A DNA stretch of 44,120 bases, from sequence record DRR723986_6702; one strand, 5' to 3'. The notes below the pieces were generated by a model. It was not told the origin of the DNA, did not search any database, and saw only the letters and a program-made list of their open reading frames with translations. The position numbers were made by a program, and so were the translations under genes. This document shows, piece by piece, positions 19,199 through 28,335 of the stretch. Numbering within the stretch: position 1 is the first letter of the stretch; each line of letters begins with the position of its first letter.

Positions 19199-20566
19199 TC
19201 ATGTGTTGATTTCCAACACCTGAATCTGCTCCGGATCGATCTGATGTATATACTGACGCAAGATATAATAGGTCTCTGGAACTTGTGTCACCAAATCCAA
19301 TTGAGAAGGGATGTCATCAGTAAGTTCGTCGTTTTCTAGATAGGCAAATCGGCTTAGCATTCCACTTTCAAACATACAATAGGCAGTTTCACGGGGATTT
19401 CGCCCATCCAGTTTGATCAGAATTTCCTTTTGGCCATCCTTAATCTTTTCCATAAACTCTGACACGCGTGTATTATAATCCTCCGGTTTCTCTGTAAAAT
19501 TGCAAGCGCCCTCACACCTCAAAAGGTCTTCCGGTTCACAATTCACTTTTCTCAAACCACAAAGTTTTGGACAAAGACCATAGGTTTCAATTCCAGTTTT
19601 GAGAAAGGTATTCGCCTCTTCCATAGAAAAAAAGGACTCAATCGGTTTGAAAAATTTGGTGATTTTCGCAACCTGAAATCTTCCATATCCAGAATTATCT
19701 TCGTAATGAAACAACCCAAACAATCGCTTTGGAAGCTTCGACGCGTAATTATATTTAGGCCATAAACGCTTAATTTCCAACGTCTCAAACAAAAGCGCCA
19801 TTAGTTCACTTCCAGTTAATTCCCATTTTAAATCAAAGACTTCATTCTTTAATTTCTGTTTTAGACTAGGTAGTAATTGACCGGAGAAGTGGTTTTTAAA
19901 CCTTTCCCTAATATTAATAGCCTTACCTACATAGATCGTTTTTCCATGCTCATCTTGCATATAATAAACACCACATGCGGTAGGTATTTCTTTGAATTTG
20001 GAGTGAGGAAAGTTGGGCGGTAAAAAAGCTTCTCCTGTGTTTTTCTTCAGGGATTGATTGATGATTTGGAAATCAGATTTGATCATTCTATCAAACAAAA
20101 TCGCCGTTGCCTTAGCATCTCCCATTGCCCGGTGCCTAGCCTCAATCTCGATTTTCTGACTTTCGCACAGCCTCCCTAAGCTATAAGATTTCATACCCGG
20201 ATATACTTTTCTGCTGAGACGAACAGTACAGAGTTTGGGAGTTTTAAGCTCCTTCCCTACTTTCAAAAATGCCTCACGAAGAAATCCATAGTCAAAACTG
20301 ACATTGTGTGCTACAAATACCCTTTCGTGAAGTAATTCCCACAATTCAGCATGGATAGCTTCAAAAGTAGGCTGGTGTCTAACCATAAAATTATCTATTC
20401 CTGTCAGCCCAGTAATGTAGGTGGGAATGGCCTGCTCAGGATTTAAAAGTGTCTGATACTCCCTGATAATCGATTCCCCATCGTGAATCAATACAGCTAT
20501 TTCAGTTATCCCACCATTCTTTGGCGCACCGCCGGTGGTTTCAATATCTACTATGGCGAATTCCAT
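19199..20566 (-). CDS. DEDDh 3'-5' exonuclease (DnaQ-like) fused to GIY-YIG (UvrC/Cho-like) nuclease
   Basis: VDIETTG, VAHNVSFD, HRAMGDA; GVYYM..IYVGKAINIRERF..HF; Cys cluster LCPKLCGL...C...C.GAC. Confidence 0.92.
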   Translation of the reverse strand: MEFAIVDIETTGGAPKNGGITEIAVLIHDGESIIREYQTLLNPEQAIPTYITGLTGIDNFMVRHQPTFEAIHAELWELLHERVFVAHNVSFDYGFLREAFLKVGKELKTPKLCTVRLSRKVYPGMKSYSLGRLCESQKIEIEARHRAMGDAKATAILFDRMIKSDFQIINQSLKKNTGEAFLPPNFPHSKFKEIPTACGVYYMQDEHGKTIYVGKAINIRERFKNHFSGQLLPSLKQKLKNEVFDLKWELTGSELMALLFETLEIKRLWPKYNYASKLPKRLFGLFHYEDNSGYGRFQVAKITKFFKPIESFFSMEEANTFLKTGIETYGLCPKLCGLRKVNCEPEDLLRCEGACNFTEKPEDYNTRVSEFMEKIKDGQKEILIKLDGRNPRETAYCMFESGMLSRFAYLENDELTDDIPSQLDLVTQVPETYYILRQYIHQIDPEQIQVLEINT

Positions 20567-20718
20567 TGGCTAAAAGTAAGGATAAGAATTTTCAGATTAG
20601 AAAAGTTGTCAGAGAATGACAAATAATCAATACCAGTTCAAGGTTTGGGATCATTCATCTATAACTCCAATCACATCTCAAAGTATCGGTTCCTCTCATT
20701 TTTTTTACCATTTATCCT

Positions 20719-20743
20719 ATAAATGCAACTTTGTTTCATTTAT
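20719..20743. promoter_or_regulatory. Palindromic operator, Zur/Fur-family-like
   Basis: ATAAATGCAAC-TTT-GTTTCATTTAT (11-3-11 inverted repeat, 1 mismatch) about 25 nt upstream of the -7 element of a TonB receptor gene. Confidence 0.6.
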
Positions 20744-20768
20744 GCTAGTTTATAATATTATCGCCGAC

Positions 20769-20776
20769 TATTTTTG
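20769..20776 (+). promoter_or_regulatory. Bacteroidota -7 promoter element
   Basis: TATTTTTG matches TAnnTTTG and lies 4 nt before the likely GTG start. Confidence 0.55.
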
Positions 20777-20780
20777 CATC

Positions 20781-23087
20781 GTGAATTTGAAAACAGGAAT
20801 ACTAGTGTCAGTAATTTTACTCCTTGGCCATACCCTCTATGGGCAGGATTGTAAATTATCCATAAGAGGTAAAATCATTCATTTGGAAAACAATGAGCCA
20901 ATTGAAGCAGCCTACATATGGGTTGCTGAAGCTGAAGAAGGAGCTGTAAGTGACCAGAATGGAAATTTTACCATAAAGAATCTATGTAGTGGGTCCTACA
21001 TACTTACCATTCAATACCTCGGACATAAAACGATTACGGATACCTTTAATCTGGAAACCAATACATACAGTAAGACCTACAGAATGGAGGAGGAATCTTT
21101 AGGCCTTCAGAGTGTAGAAGTCCACGGGCACCGAGACGCAGTGCAAACTACTACAGCTGTTTCTGCGCTTTATGGAGAAAATCTACTCGAATCAAGAGGA
21201 GAAAATTTAGGAGAAAGTCTAAAAAGGATCTCCGGAGTATCTACTTTTTCTACAGGGAATAGTATAGCTAAGCCCGTGATCCATGGTATGCACAGTAATC
21301 GAATTATGATCATGAATAATGGGATTCGATTGGAAGGACAACAGTGGGGAGCAGAACATGCTCCGGAAATCGACCCTTTTCTAGCTGATGAAATCACTGT
21401 AGTAAAAGGTGCCGAGACAGTAAGATACGGCCCAGAAGCAATGGGAGGAGTTATTCTGGTAAACCCCGCCCCACTACCCACTACTAAGTTTAGCAAAACT
21501 AGTCTCAACCTTATCGGTGCCTCAAACGGAGGAATGGGTAATCTTAATCTTGTTCATGTGGGAGGGTTAGAAAAAGTAAAAGGCTTAGGTTACCGCATAC
21601 AAGGCTCCGCTAAAAGGTCAGGCAATATAAAATCACCAGGATATTTTCAGGACAACACAGGTTTAAGTGAACTGAATTTAAGCAGTTCCCTAGGGTATAG
21701 TAGCTCAAAACTTGGCGTAGAAGCTTATTACAGCTTATTCCATTCTGAATTGGGAATCTTGAATGATTCACATACTGGGAATCTTTCTGATTTAGAAAAC
21801 ATCATTGAAAATGGTCGTCCCTTTTCGGATGGAGAATTCACCTATGAAATACTCAACCCGAAACAACGTGTAACACATCATTTGGCAAAGCTAAAGTCCC
21901 ATTATCATATTTCTGAAAGCTGGAAAATAAATTTCCAATACGGGTTTCAGCTAAATCATCGACAGGAATTTGACAAACGTAGAGGAGATCTGAATGAAAA
22001 AGCAAGTTTGGATTTAGAACTTTTTACCAATACGCTAGACCTATACGTAAATCACACGCATAAGAATGAATTAAGTGGCACTTGGGGTGTAAACCTCATA
22101 CAGCAGGCAAACAGTAATGTTCCGGGAACGGGTGTGACTCCGTTGATCCCCAATTACGATATGATCAATGTAGGAATGTATGCCATGGAGAAATATTCCA
22201 AAGGCCCCTTGGAAGTGGAAGCTGGCATACGCTATGACTTTAGAAATGTAAACACTGCCAGATACATTGATAATGAATTGAGAACAGCGGATTTGGATTA
22301 TCAAAACTTTTCGGCATTCCTAGGTGGCCTTTACCATATCAGCCCAGATCTGACTTTCAATTCCAATTTTGGCTCAGCCTGGAGACCACCTAATGTCAAT
22401 GAACTTTTCTCTGAAGGTCTTCATCATGGTGCTGCAGCGGTGGAAATAGGAGATCCAAATTTAGAATCTGAGAAATCACTTAAATGGATCAATGAACTTC
22501 AATACGATGGAAATAAAACCCATTTGGAATTCACAGCATACCTGAATCCTATTCAAGATTACATTTACCTGAATCCAACAGGTGAAACCTATGTGAGTTT
22601 GAGAGGGACATTCAATGTCTATGAGTACTTGCAAGCAAATGCACTTTTCTATGGTTTTGATTTTGCCGGAAGCTATGAATTCACGGACAAGTTTAGTGGA
22701 TATGTAAAAGGTTCAATAGTGCAGGCGAAGAATACAGGAGACGACAGCTACTTCCCTTTTATTCCATCTAATAGAATGGATTGGGGCGTCTCATACAGCT
22801 TCGCAAAGGATTCTGATCCCAAAACGAATAAAATCACTTTAAGTAATGTTTTGGTCGCAAAGCAAAACAGAGAGCCGGAGTTAGACATTGCTGCCGCTCC
22901 CCCATCTTATGCTTTATTCAACCTAGCTTACACCAAGCAAATAAACATCGGTGAAAACAAGATGAATCTTGGTCTTCAGGTACAGAATGTATTCAACACC
23001 GAGTATAAAGATTATATGAACCGCTTTCGATACTTCACCTATGATATGGGAAGAAATGTCTTATTAAAAATCAATTACGAATTCTAA
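20781..23087 (+). CDS. TonB-dependent receptor, probably metal uptake (likely start GTG 20781)
   Basis: Signal peptide (V/M)NLKTGILVSVILLLGHTLYG-Q, N-terminal beta domain, plug motifs (KPVIHG, QQWGAEHAPEID, VVKGA..VRYG), RPPNVNELFSEGLHHG, C-terminal Phe. Confidence 0.92.
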   Translation: MNLKTGILVSVILLLGHTLYGQDCKLSIRGKIIHLENNEPIEAAYIWVAEAEEGAVSDQNGNFTIKNLCSGSYILTIQYLGHKTITDTFNLETNTYSKTYRMEEESLGLQSVEVHGHRDAVQTTTAVSALYGENLLESRGENLGESLKRISGVSTFSTGNSIAKPVIHGMHSNRIMIMNNGIRLEGQQWGAEHAPEIDPFLADEITVVKGAETVRYGPEAMGGVILVNPAPLPTTKFSKTSLNLIGASNGGMGNLNLVHVGGLEKVKGLGYRIQGSAKRSGNIKSPGYFQDNTGLSELNLSSSLGYSSSKLGVEAYYSLFHSELGILNDSHTGNLSDLENIIENGRPFSDGEFTYEILNPKQRVTHHLAKLKSHYHISESWKINFQYGFQLNHRQEFDKRRGDLNEKASLDLELFTNTLDLYVNHTHKNELSGTWGVNLIQQANSNVPGTGVTPLIPNYDMINVGMYAMEKYSKGPLEVEAGIRYDFRNVNTARYIDNELRTADLDYQNFSAFLGGLYHISPDLTFNSNFGSAWRPPNVNELFSEGLHHGAAAVEIGDPNLESEKSLKWINELQYDGNKTHLEFTAYLNPIQDYIYLNPTGETYVSLRGTFNVYEYLQANALFYGFDFAGSYEFTDKFSGYVKGSIVQAKNTGDDSYFPFIPSNRMDWGVSYSFAKDSDPKTNKITLSNVLVAKQNREPELDIAAAPPSYALFNLAYTKQINIGENKMNLGLQVQNVFNTEYKDYMNRFRYFTYDMGRNVLLKINYEF

Positions 23088-23098
23088 CCAATTATTTT

Positions 23099-23698
23099 AT
23101 GAACACAAAAAACAAACTGTACCTCCTTGCACTAGCATTTGTTGCATTTTCGATTTCGAGCTGCGAAAGTGAAGATCCAGTTCCAGAAAATGACGGAGAG
23201 GTGATTACGGACGTAACATTGATGTTTCAAGAAATCGACGATACGGGAGCTGCAGTGGGCTCTCCTTTTGAATTCACAGCATCTGACTCAGAAGGAATTG
23301 AAGTGGGTGGAGCGCCTACGGTGGAAACTGTAATGTTATCAAAGGGTAAAACCTACCAAATGTCGATCGAAGTATATAACTCAATCGAAAATGAAGACAT
23401 CACTGAAGAGATCCAAGAAGAAGGCGATGAGCATCAATTCTATTTCTTGGGTTCTGCTTTTACTAGCTCTCCATTCCTATCCTATATTTATGATGATGAA
23501 GGAAGTGAATTGATCGGATTGAAAGGTATCGTGTCCGTGCAACAAAGCCCGGGTTTCAGCACAGCTGAAATGCGAGTAATACTGCGTCATGATTTGGACA
23601 AAAACTATCCAGGAGCTGACAATCCAAATTTTACGGATTATGCCCAAGCAGGTGGTGAGTCTGATTTGGATATCACTTTTCCTGTAGTAGTAGAATAA
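23099..23698 (+). CDS. Lipoprotein co-transcribed with the TonB receptor
   Basis: Lipobox SISS-C; EVITDV.L.F, EHQFYF, VILRHDLDK, GGESDLDITFP; 11 nt after the receptor stop. Confidence 0.82.
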   Translation: MNTKNKLYLLALAFVAFSISSCESEDPVPENDGEVITDVTLMFQEIDDTGAAVGSPFEFTASDSEGIEVGGAPTVETVMLSKGKTYQMSIEVYNSIENEDITEEIQEEGDEHQFYFLGSAFTSSPFLSYIYDDEGSELIGLKGIVSVQQSPGFSTAEMRVILRHDLDKNYPGADNPNFTDYAQAGGESDLDITFPVVVE

Positions 23699-23714
23699 TT
23701 TTTACTACCCTATC

Positions 23715-23752
23715 AAACACAAAAAGCAGCTCGAAAGCTGCTTTTTGTGTTT
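23715..23752. terminator. Bidirectional intrinsic terminator
   Basis: AAACACAAAAAGCAGCT-CGAA-AGCTGCTTTTTGTGTTT perfect stem between convergent genes. Confidence 0.9.
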
Positions 23753-23769
23753 AACCTTAATTCAGAAGG

Positions 23770-24282
23770 TTAAAATTCAGGTGAGCAAATGGTCATTGAC
23801 TCCGCATCAAAACTACTCGCTTCATCTACATTTGACCCTACATTTCCAGCTACTAAAATCACTTTATAATCAGGACCTTCACTTGCCAAATGCACCTTCA
23901 CATGTCCATCGAAAGTCTTCATATCCTCGAAACTTAGCTTAGTACCATCCATCAACGTACCAAGTACTGTTTTACTTTCTAAGTCAGCACCATTAACCGG
24001 AGTAAGCATAAGAGCCATCGGCGCTTCAGGGTCAGTATAATTCCCATAATGTAAATGAGCTGGAAAATTGGTGGAAGTAGAACTCCTTTCTCCCACTAAC
24101 TGAATAGTAGCCTCCAAATTGCCATCTATCATTTCCCGAACAGAAAACGTCCCACTGTAGTCAAACTCACTGGCTTTAAACAATTGAAAATCCAATTTTT
24201 GCCCTGTATATATATCTTGATCACTTTCAGTACAAGATCCGAAAGCAATCAAAACCAGAAGTACTACAATTACATTTCTCAT
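23770..24282 (-). CDS. Lipoprotein, CHRD-like beta domain
   Basis: Lipobox AFGS-C; PAHLHYGN, DGHVKVH, AGNVG. Confidence 0.7.
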   Translation of the reverse strand: MRNVIVVLLVLIAFGSCTESDQDIYTGQKLDFQLFKASEFDYSGTFSVREMIDGNLEATIQLVGERSSTSTNFPAHLHYGNYTDPEAPMALMLTPVNGADLESKTVLGTLMDGTKLSFEDMKTFDGHVKVHLASEGPDYKVILVAGNVGSNVDEASSFDAESMTICSPEF

Positions 24283-24427
24283 AGTTCAATTTTTCTAAAC
24301 TCAACGCAAACAGATTTACAACTGTTCGGTTATTTCTAAAATTATCAATTCATTTGGTATTCTTCCCGATTATTTTAAAATCGGATAGCTCATTAAACTT
24401 ACCTAATTCTCTTTATAAATTTCACTA

Positions 24428-26887
24428 ATGAAAGAAACGCGTCTGGCAGTTGGTTTAGATTATTTCCATAAAAAAGGTTGGACGCTTTTTCCATTCCAAA
24501 TGCAAACTTGGAATGATTACCTCGATGGGAAATCCGGGCTTCTAAATGCACCAACAGGCTCAGGAAAAACCTTTGCGTTGTGGTTTCCCGTCATTCTTGA
24601 ATACATAAATAACAATCCCGATTCCTGGCAAAAACCAAGGAAAAATGGAATTCAACTGATTTGGGTAACTCCCCTCCGTGCCTTGGCACAGGATATCCAA
24701 AAAGCTATGCAGGACGTCTGCGAAACTATTGGCCTACCTTGGCAAGTCGTAGTAAGAAATGGAGATACAGATGCTAAAACACGCGCTGCGATCAAGCGAA
24801 GACCGCCTGAGTGTTTAATAACCACGCCTGAGACTTTGCATGTGCTCATTTCCCAGAAAGATCATGCAGATTTATTTCAAAATGTACAGGCTGTAGTTGT
24901 AGACGAATGGCATGAACTGGTAGGAAATAAGCGAGGAGTACAAGTCCAACTTGCACTGGAATATATACAATCTATTTGTCCAGGCACCTTTCGAAGATGG
25001 GCAGTATCAGCAACCATCGGGAATTTGGAAGCTGCCGCAAAAACTCTTTTGGGAGAAAATCTACCATTACATATTGTAAAGGCAGCTATTAAGAAACAGA
25101 TAATTCTAAATACGGTGATTCCCGAGGAGGTAGAGAAATACCCTTGGCATGGTCATCTAGGAATTAGAATGCTAGACCAAGTTATTCCGATTATTGAAGC
25201 GGGAAAAACAGTTTTACTTTTCACTAACACCCGATCTCAAACAGAAATTTGGTATCAGAAATTACTTGAAGCAAGGCCAGATTGGGCTGGGTGGATTGCA
25301 ATGCATCATGGTTCGCTTGACATGTCTGTCCGAGGTTGGGTGGAAAATGCCTTGCACGAAGGGACATTGAAACTCGTAGTTTGCACTTCTAGTTTGGACT
25401 TAGGAGTGGATTTCAGGCCTGTAAATCGAGTCATCCAAGTAGGTAGTCCAAAAGGAGTTTCCCGATTTATGCAGCGAGCCGGGCGGGCATCCCACCAACC
25501 AGGATTGCCATCTGAGATATTTTTTGTGCCTACCAATTCCTTGGAACTAATCGAAGCTGCTGCATTGAGAGATGCCATTGAGAAGGAAGAATTAGAGTCA
25601 CAATTCCCTCCTATCTTAGCCTACGATGTCCTGATTCAGTTTTTAGTAACCTTAGCTGTCGGCGATGGATTTGATGAAAAATCAATTTATGAAGTGGTTA
25701 AAAAATGCCATTCCTATAAGGAATTATCTTTCGCAGAGATGTCTTGGATCATGGATTTCATCACCAAGGGGGGAGCTTCTTTGGGGAGTTACGATGACTT
25801 TTTGAAAGTGATTCAAACAGAAGAGGGTCTCTACAAAGTGACCAATAAGAAGATAGCTATGAAGCACAGATTGTCAATGGGGACAATTGTATCTGAGGCT
25901 ATGATCAGGGTGAAATTCAAAAATGGTGCTTATCTCGGGACAGTGGAAGAATCATTCATTTCCAAAATGAAAATTGGTGACCGCTTTTTCTTTACTGGAC
26001 GAAGTCTCGAATTACTTAAAGTTTATGGATTGACAGCCACAGTAAAGGTTTCGGAAAAAAAGGCCACCAATGTGGTGAGTTGGATGGGAGCACGAATGTC
26101 ACTTTCTTCTAAACTGGCAGATAAAATCAGGGAAATCTTTGAACTCTACAATCAGGGAGTATATATCTCGGAAGAAATAATCCAAGCTAAACCGATTTTA
26201 GACCTACAAAACAAACTCTCCATCGTGCCTGATCGAGATACATTTTTGATAGAATCACACCAAACTAACCAAGGATTCCACATCTTCTTTTATCCCTTTG
26301 AAGGCAGAGCAATACATGAGTTGATGAGCGCCTTAATAGCTTACAGAATAAGCGTCAGCTATCCGGTGACTTTCAGTATGGCGATGAATGATTATGGGTT
26401 TGAGTTACTTTGCGACAGCTATGTGAATATCGAAGAAATACTGGAGGAAGATCTTTTTTCACTTAAAAATCTTCGGGAAGATATACTCCGCTGCGTCAAC
26501 GAGACGGAAATGACTAAAAGAAAATTTAGAGAAATCGCCAGCATTGCCGGGTTGGTTTTCCAAGGATATCCAGGAAAACCTACTTCATTCAAACACATTC
26601 AAGCTAATTCCAGCTTGCTTTTTCAGGTTTTTGAACAATATGATCCTGAGAATTTATTGCTAAAACAAGCGCATGGCGAGGCAATAGATCAACAGATGGA
26701 AGAAGATAAAATGATTCATGCCTTGCAGAAAATCAATAAGCAGCAATTAGTAGTCAGGCACCCAGTTCAATTCACGCCATTTTCCTTCCCTATCATGGTT
26801 GATCGACTGAGCAGGACCTCCATCAGCTCAGAATCAATTGAAGACCGGATAGCAAAAATCCAGGCGCAGTTTCAGGTGACTGATTAA
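24428..26887 (+). CDS. Lhr-core-type (ligase-associated DNA damage response) DEXH-box helicase
   Basis: APTGSGKT, TPLRALAQD, TTPE, VVDEWHEL, SAT, HHGSL, SSLDLGVD, QRAGRA.H, PFEGR..HE, TPFSFPIMVDRL. Confidence 0.92.
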   Translation: MKETRLAVGLDYFHKKGWTLFPFQMQTWNDYLDGKSGLLNAPTGSGKTFALWFPVILEYINNNPDSWQKPRKNGIQLIWVTPLRALAQDIQKAMQDVCETIGLPWQVVVRNGDTDAKTRAAIKRRPPECLITTPETLHVLISQKDHADLFQNVQAVVVDEWHELVGNKRGVQVQLALEYIQSICPGTFRRWAVSATIGNLEAAAKTLLGENLPLHIVKAAIKKQIILNTVIPEEVEKYPWHGHLGIRMLDQVIPIIEAGKTVLLFTNTRSQTEIWYQKLLEARPDWAGWIAMHHGSLDMSVRGWVENALHEGTLKLVVCTSSLDLGVDFRPVNRVIQVGSPKGVSRFMQRAGRASHQPGLPSEIFFVPTNSLELIEAAALRDAIEKEELESQFPPILAYDVLIQFLVTLAVGDGFDEKSIYEVVKKCHSYKELSFAEMSWIMDFITKGGASLGSYDDFLKVIQTEEGLYKVTNKKIAMKHRLSMGTIVSEAMIRVKFKNGAYLGTVEESFISKMKIGDRFFFTGRSLELLKVYGLTATVKVSEKKATNVVSWMGARMSLSSKLADKIREIFELYNQGVYISEEIIQAKPILDLQNKLSIVPDRDTFLIESHQTNQGFHIFFYPFEGRAIHELMSALIAYRISVSYPVTFSMAMNDYGFELLCDSYVNIEEILEEDLFSLKNLREDILRCVNETEMTKRKFREIASIAGLVFQGYPGKPTSFKHIQANSSLLFQVFEQYDPENLLLKQAHGEAIDQQMEEDKMIHALQKINKQQLVVRHPVQFTPFSFPIMVDRLSRTSISSESIEDRIAKIQAQFQVTD

Positions 26888-28332
26888 TTAGCTCTCCAGA
26901 AGAAAGGAGTGAATAAAATCAAGAGCGTAAATAACTCCAACCGACCAAGAAGCATGATTACAGACAAAAATATTTTAGCCGAAGGAGAGAAAAACGCGAA
27001 GTTATCTACTGGTCCCACTTTGCCTATTCCCGGGCCGACATTTGCGAGTGATGTAGCAACAGAGCCTAATGAAGTAGCCAAATCATAACCCATCAGAGAA
27101 AGAACCAAAGCTCCCAACACAAAAGTGAGCAGGTAGATCAACAAGAAATTCATGATGTGAGTGATGATTCTCCCAGTCACTCGATCTCCATTGATCATCA
27201 AAGGAACAATCGCTCTTGGGTGTACCAAGCGCTTAAATTCAAGCCATGAATTCTTAATGAAAGTCAGATGCCTTACAAACTTGATCCCACCTGCTGTAGA
27301 ACCTGCACATCCTCCCAGAAACAACAGCATAAAGCAGATAAAAGTAACTCCTTGACTGTACTGGGTGTAATCATCAGTCACAAATCCAGTGGTGGTTACA
27401 ATCGAAACCACCTGAAATAAGGACTTACGAAAGGCTAATTCATGACTTACACCACCATTGGCAAAAATCGGGTAATACAGGATAATTGAGATCGCCAAGA
27501 GTGCAAATCCATAGGTTTTAAACTCATCACTTTTAAAAACCCGTTTGAATTTTCCCATCAGCCCAAAATAGATCACTGTAAAGTTGGTCCCTGCCAAAAA
27601 CATGAAAAAGATAGCGACGTATTGGATAAAAGCGGAATCGTAATAAGCCATACTAGCATTTTTGGTGGAGAATCCACCGGTTGCCAGTGTGGTAAGTGCG
27701 TGATTGATTGCATCGAAAAAGGTCATACCTCCTGCCCAATAAAGCAAAGTAGCCATCACCGTAAGTCCAACATAGACGTACCATAACCGCTTTGCTGTTT
27801 CAGAAATTCGTGGGTGAACTTTATCAGAAGTTGGACCAGGAGATTCAGCTACAAAAAGCTCAATCCCTCCTATTCCTAATAGAGGAAAAATAGCAACCGT
27901 CAGTACAATGATTCCTAATCCTCCTATCCATTGCGTCATGCTTCTCCAAAAAAGCAAGCCCTTGGGCATTGCTTCAATATCAGTTAAAATGGAGGCCCCA
28001 GTGGTCGTAAGACCTGACATAGTCTCGAAAAGTGCATCTGAAAACCCGTTGATCTCGTGACTGAGCACGTAGGGAAGCATTCCAAACCCCGCCATAAACA
28101 CCCAGCTTAAAGCAACAATCAAGTATCCTTCTCTCTTTCGAATATTTTGATCCTGCTTGGAAAATGAGAAAAACAGTGTGGCTCCAATAATCATAGTAAT
28201 GACCGCGGAACTCAAAATAGGCCAAGGATCCTCTTCAAAGTGAATAGAAAAGATAATACCAGGAAGCATCAAAATGGATATTAGCACCAAGAGTGCTCCC
28301 ATGATCTTTCCTATTTCTTTAAAATGGATCAT
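26884..28332 (-). CDS. trkH: Trk potassium uptake membrane protein
   Basis: FETMSGLTTTGAS, QWIGGLG, LATGGFS, TTTGF, GCAGSTAGGIK, NVGPG, GRLE. Confidence 0.95.
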   Translation of the reverse strand: MIHFKEIGKIMGALLVLISILMLPGIIFSIHFEEDPWPILSSAVITMIIGATLFFSFSKQDQNIRKREGYLIVALSWVFMAGFGMLPYVLSHEINGFSDALFETMSGLTTTGASILTDIEAMPKGLLFWRSMTQWIGGLGIIVLTVAIFPLLGIGGIELFVAESPGPTSDKVHPRISETAKRLWYVYVGLTVMATLLYWAGGMTFFDAINHALTTLATGGFSTKNASMAYYDSAFIQYVAIFFMFLAGTNFTVIYFGLMGKFKRVFKSDEFKTYGFALLAISIILYYPIFANGGVSHELAFRKSLFQVVSIVTTTGFVTDDYTQYSQGVTFICFMLLFLGGCAGSTAGGIKFVRHLTFIKNSWLEFKRLVHPRAIVPLMINGDRVTGRIITHIMNFLLIYLLTFVLGALVLSLMGYDLATSLGSVATSLANVGPGIGKVGPVDNFAFFSPSAKIFLSVIMLLGRLELFTLLILFTPFFWRAN

Positions 28333-28335
28333 TCC

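Noticed and set aside
20616-20780. 55-aa N-terminal extension of the TonB receptor in the ORF track
   Set aside because: It covers the operator and -7 element; a normal signal peptide begins at GTG 20781.
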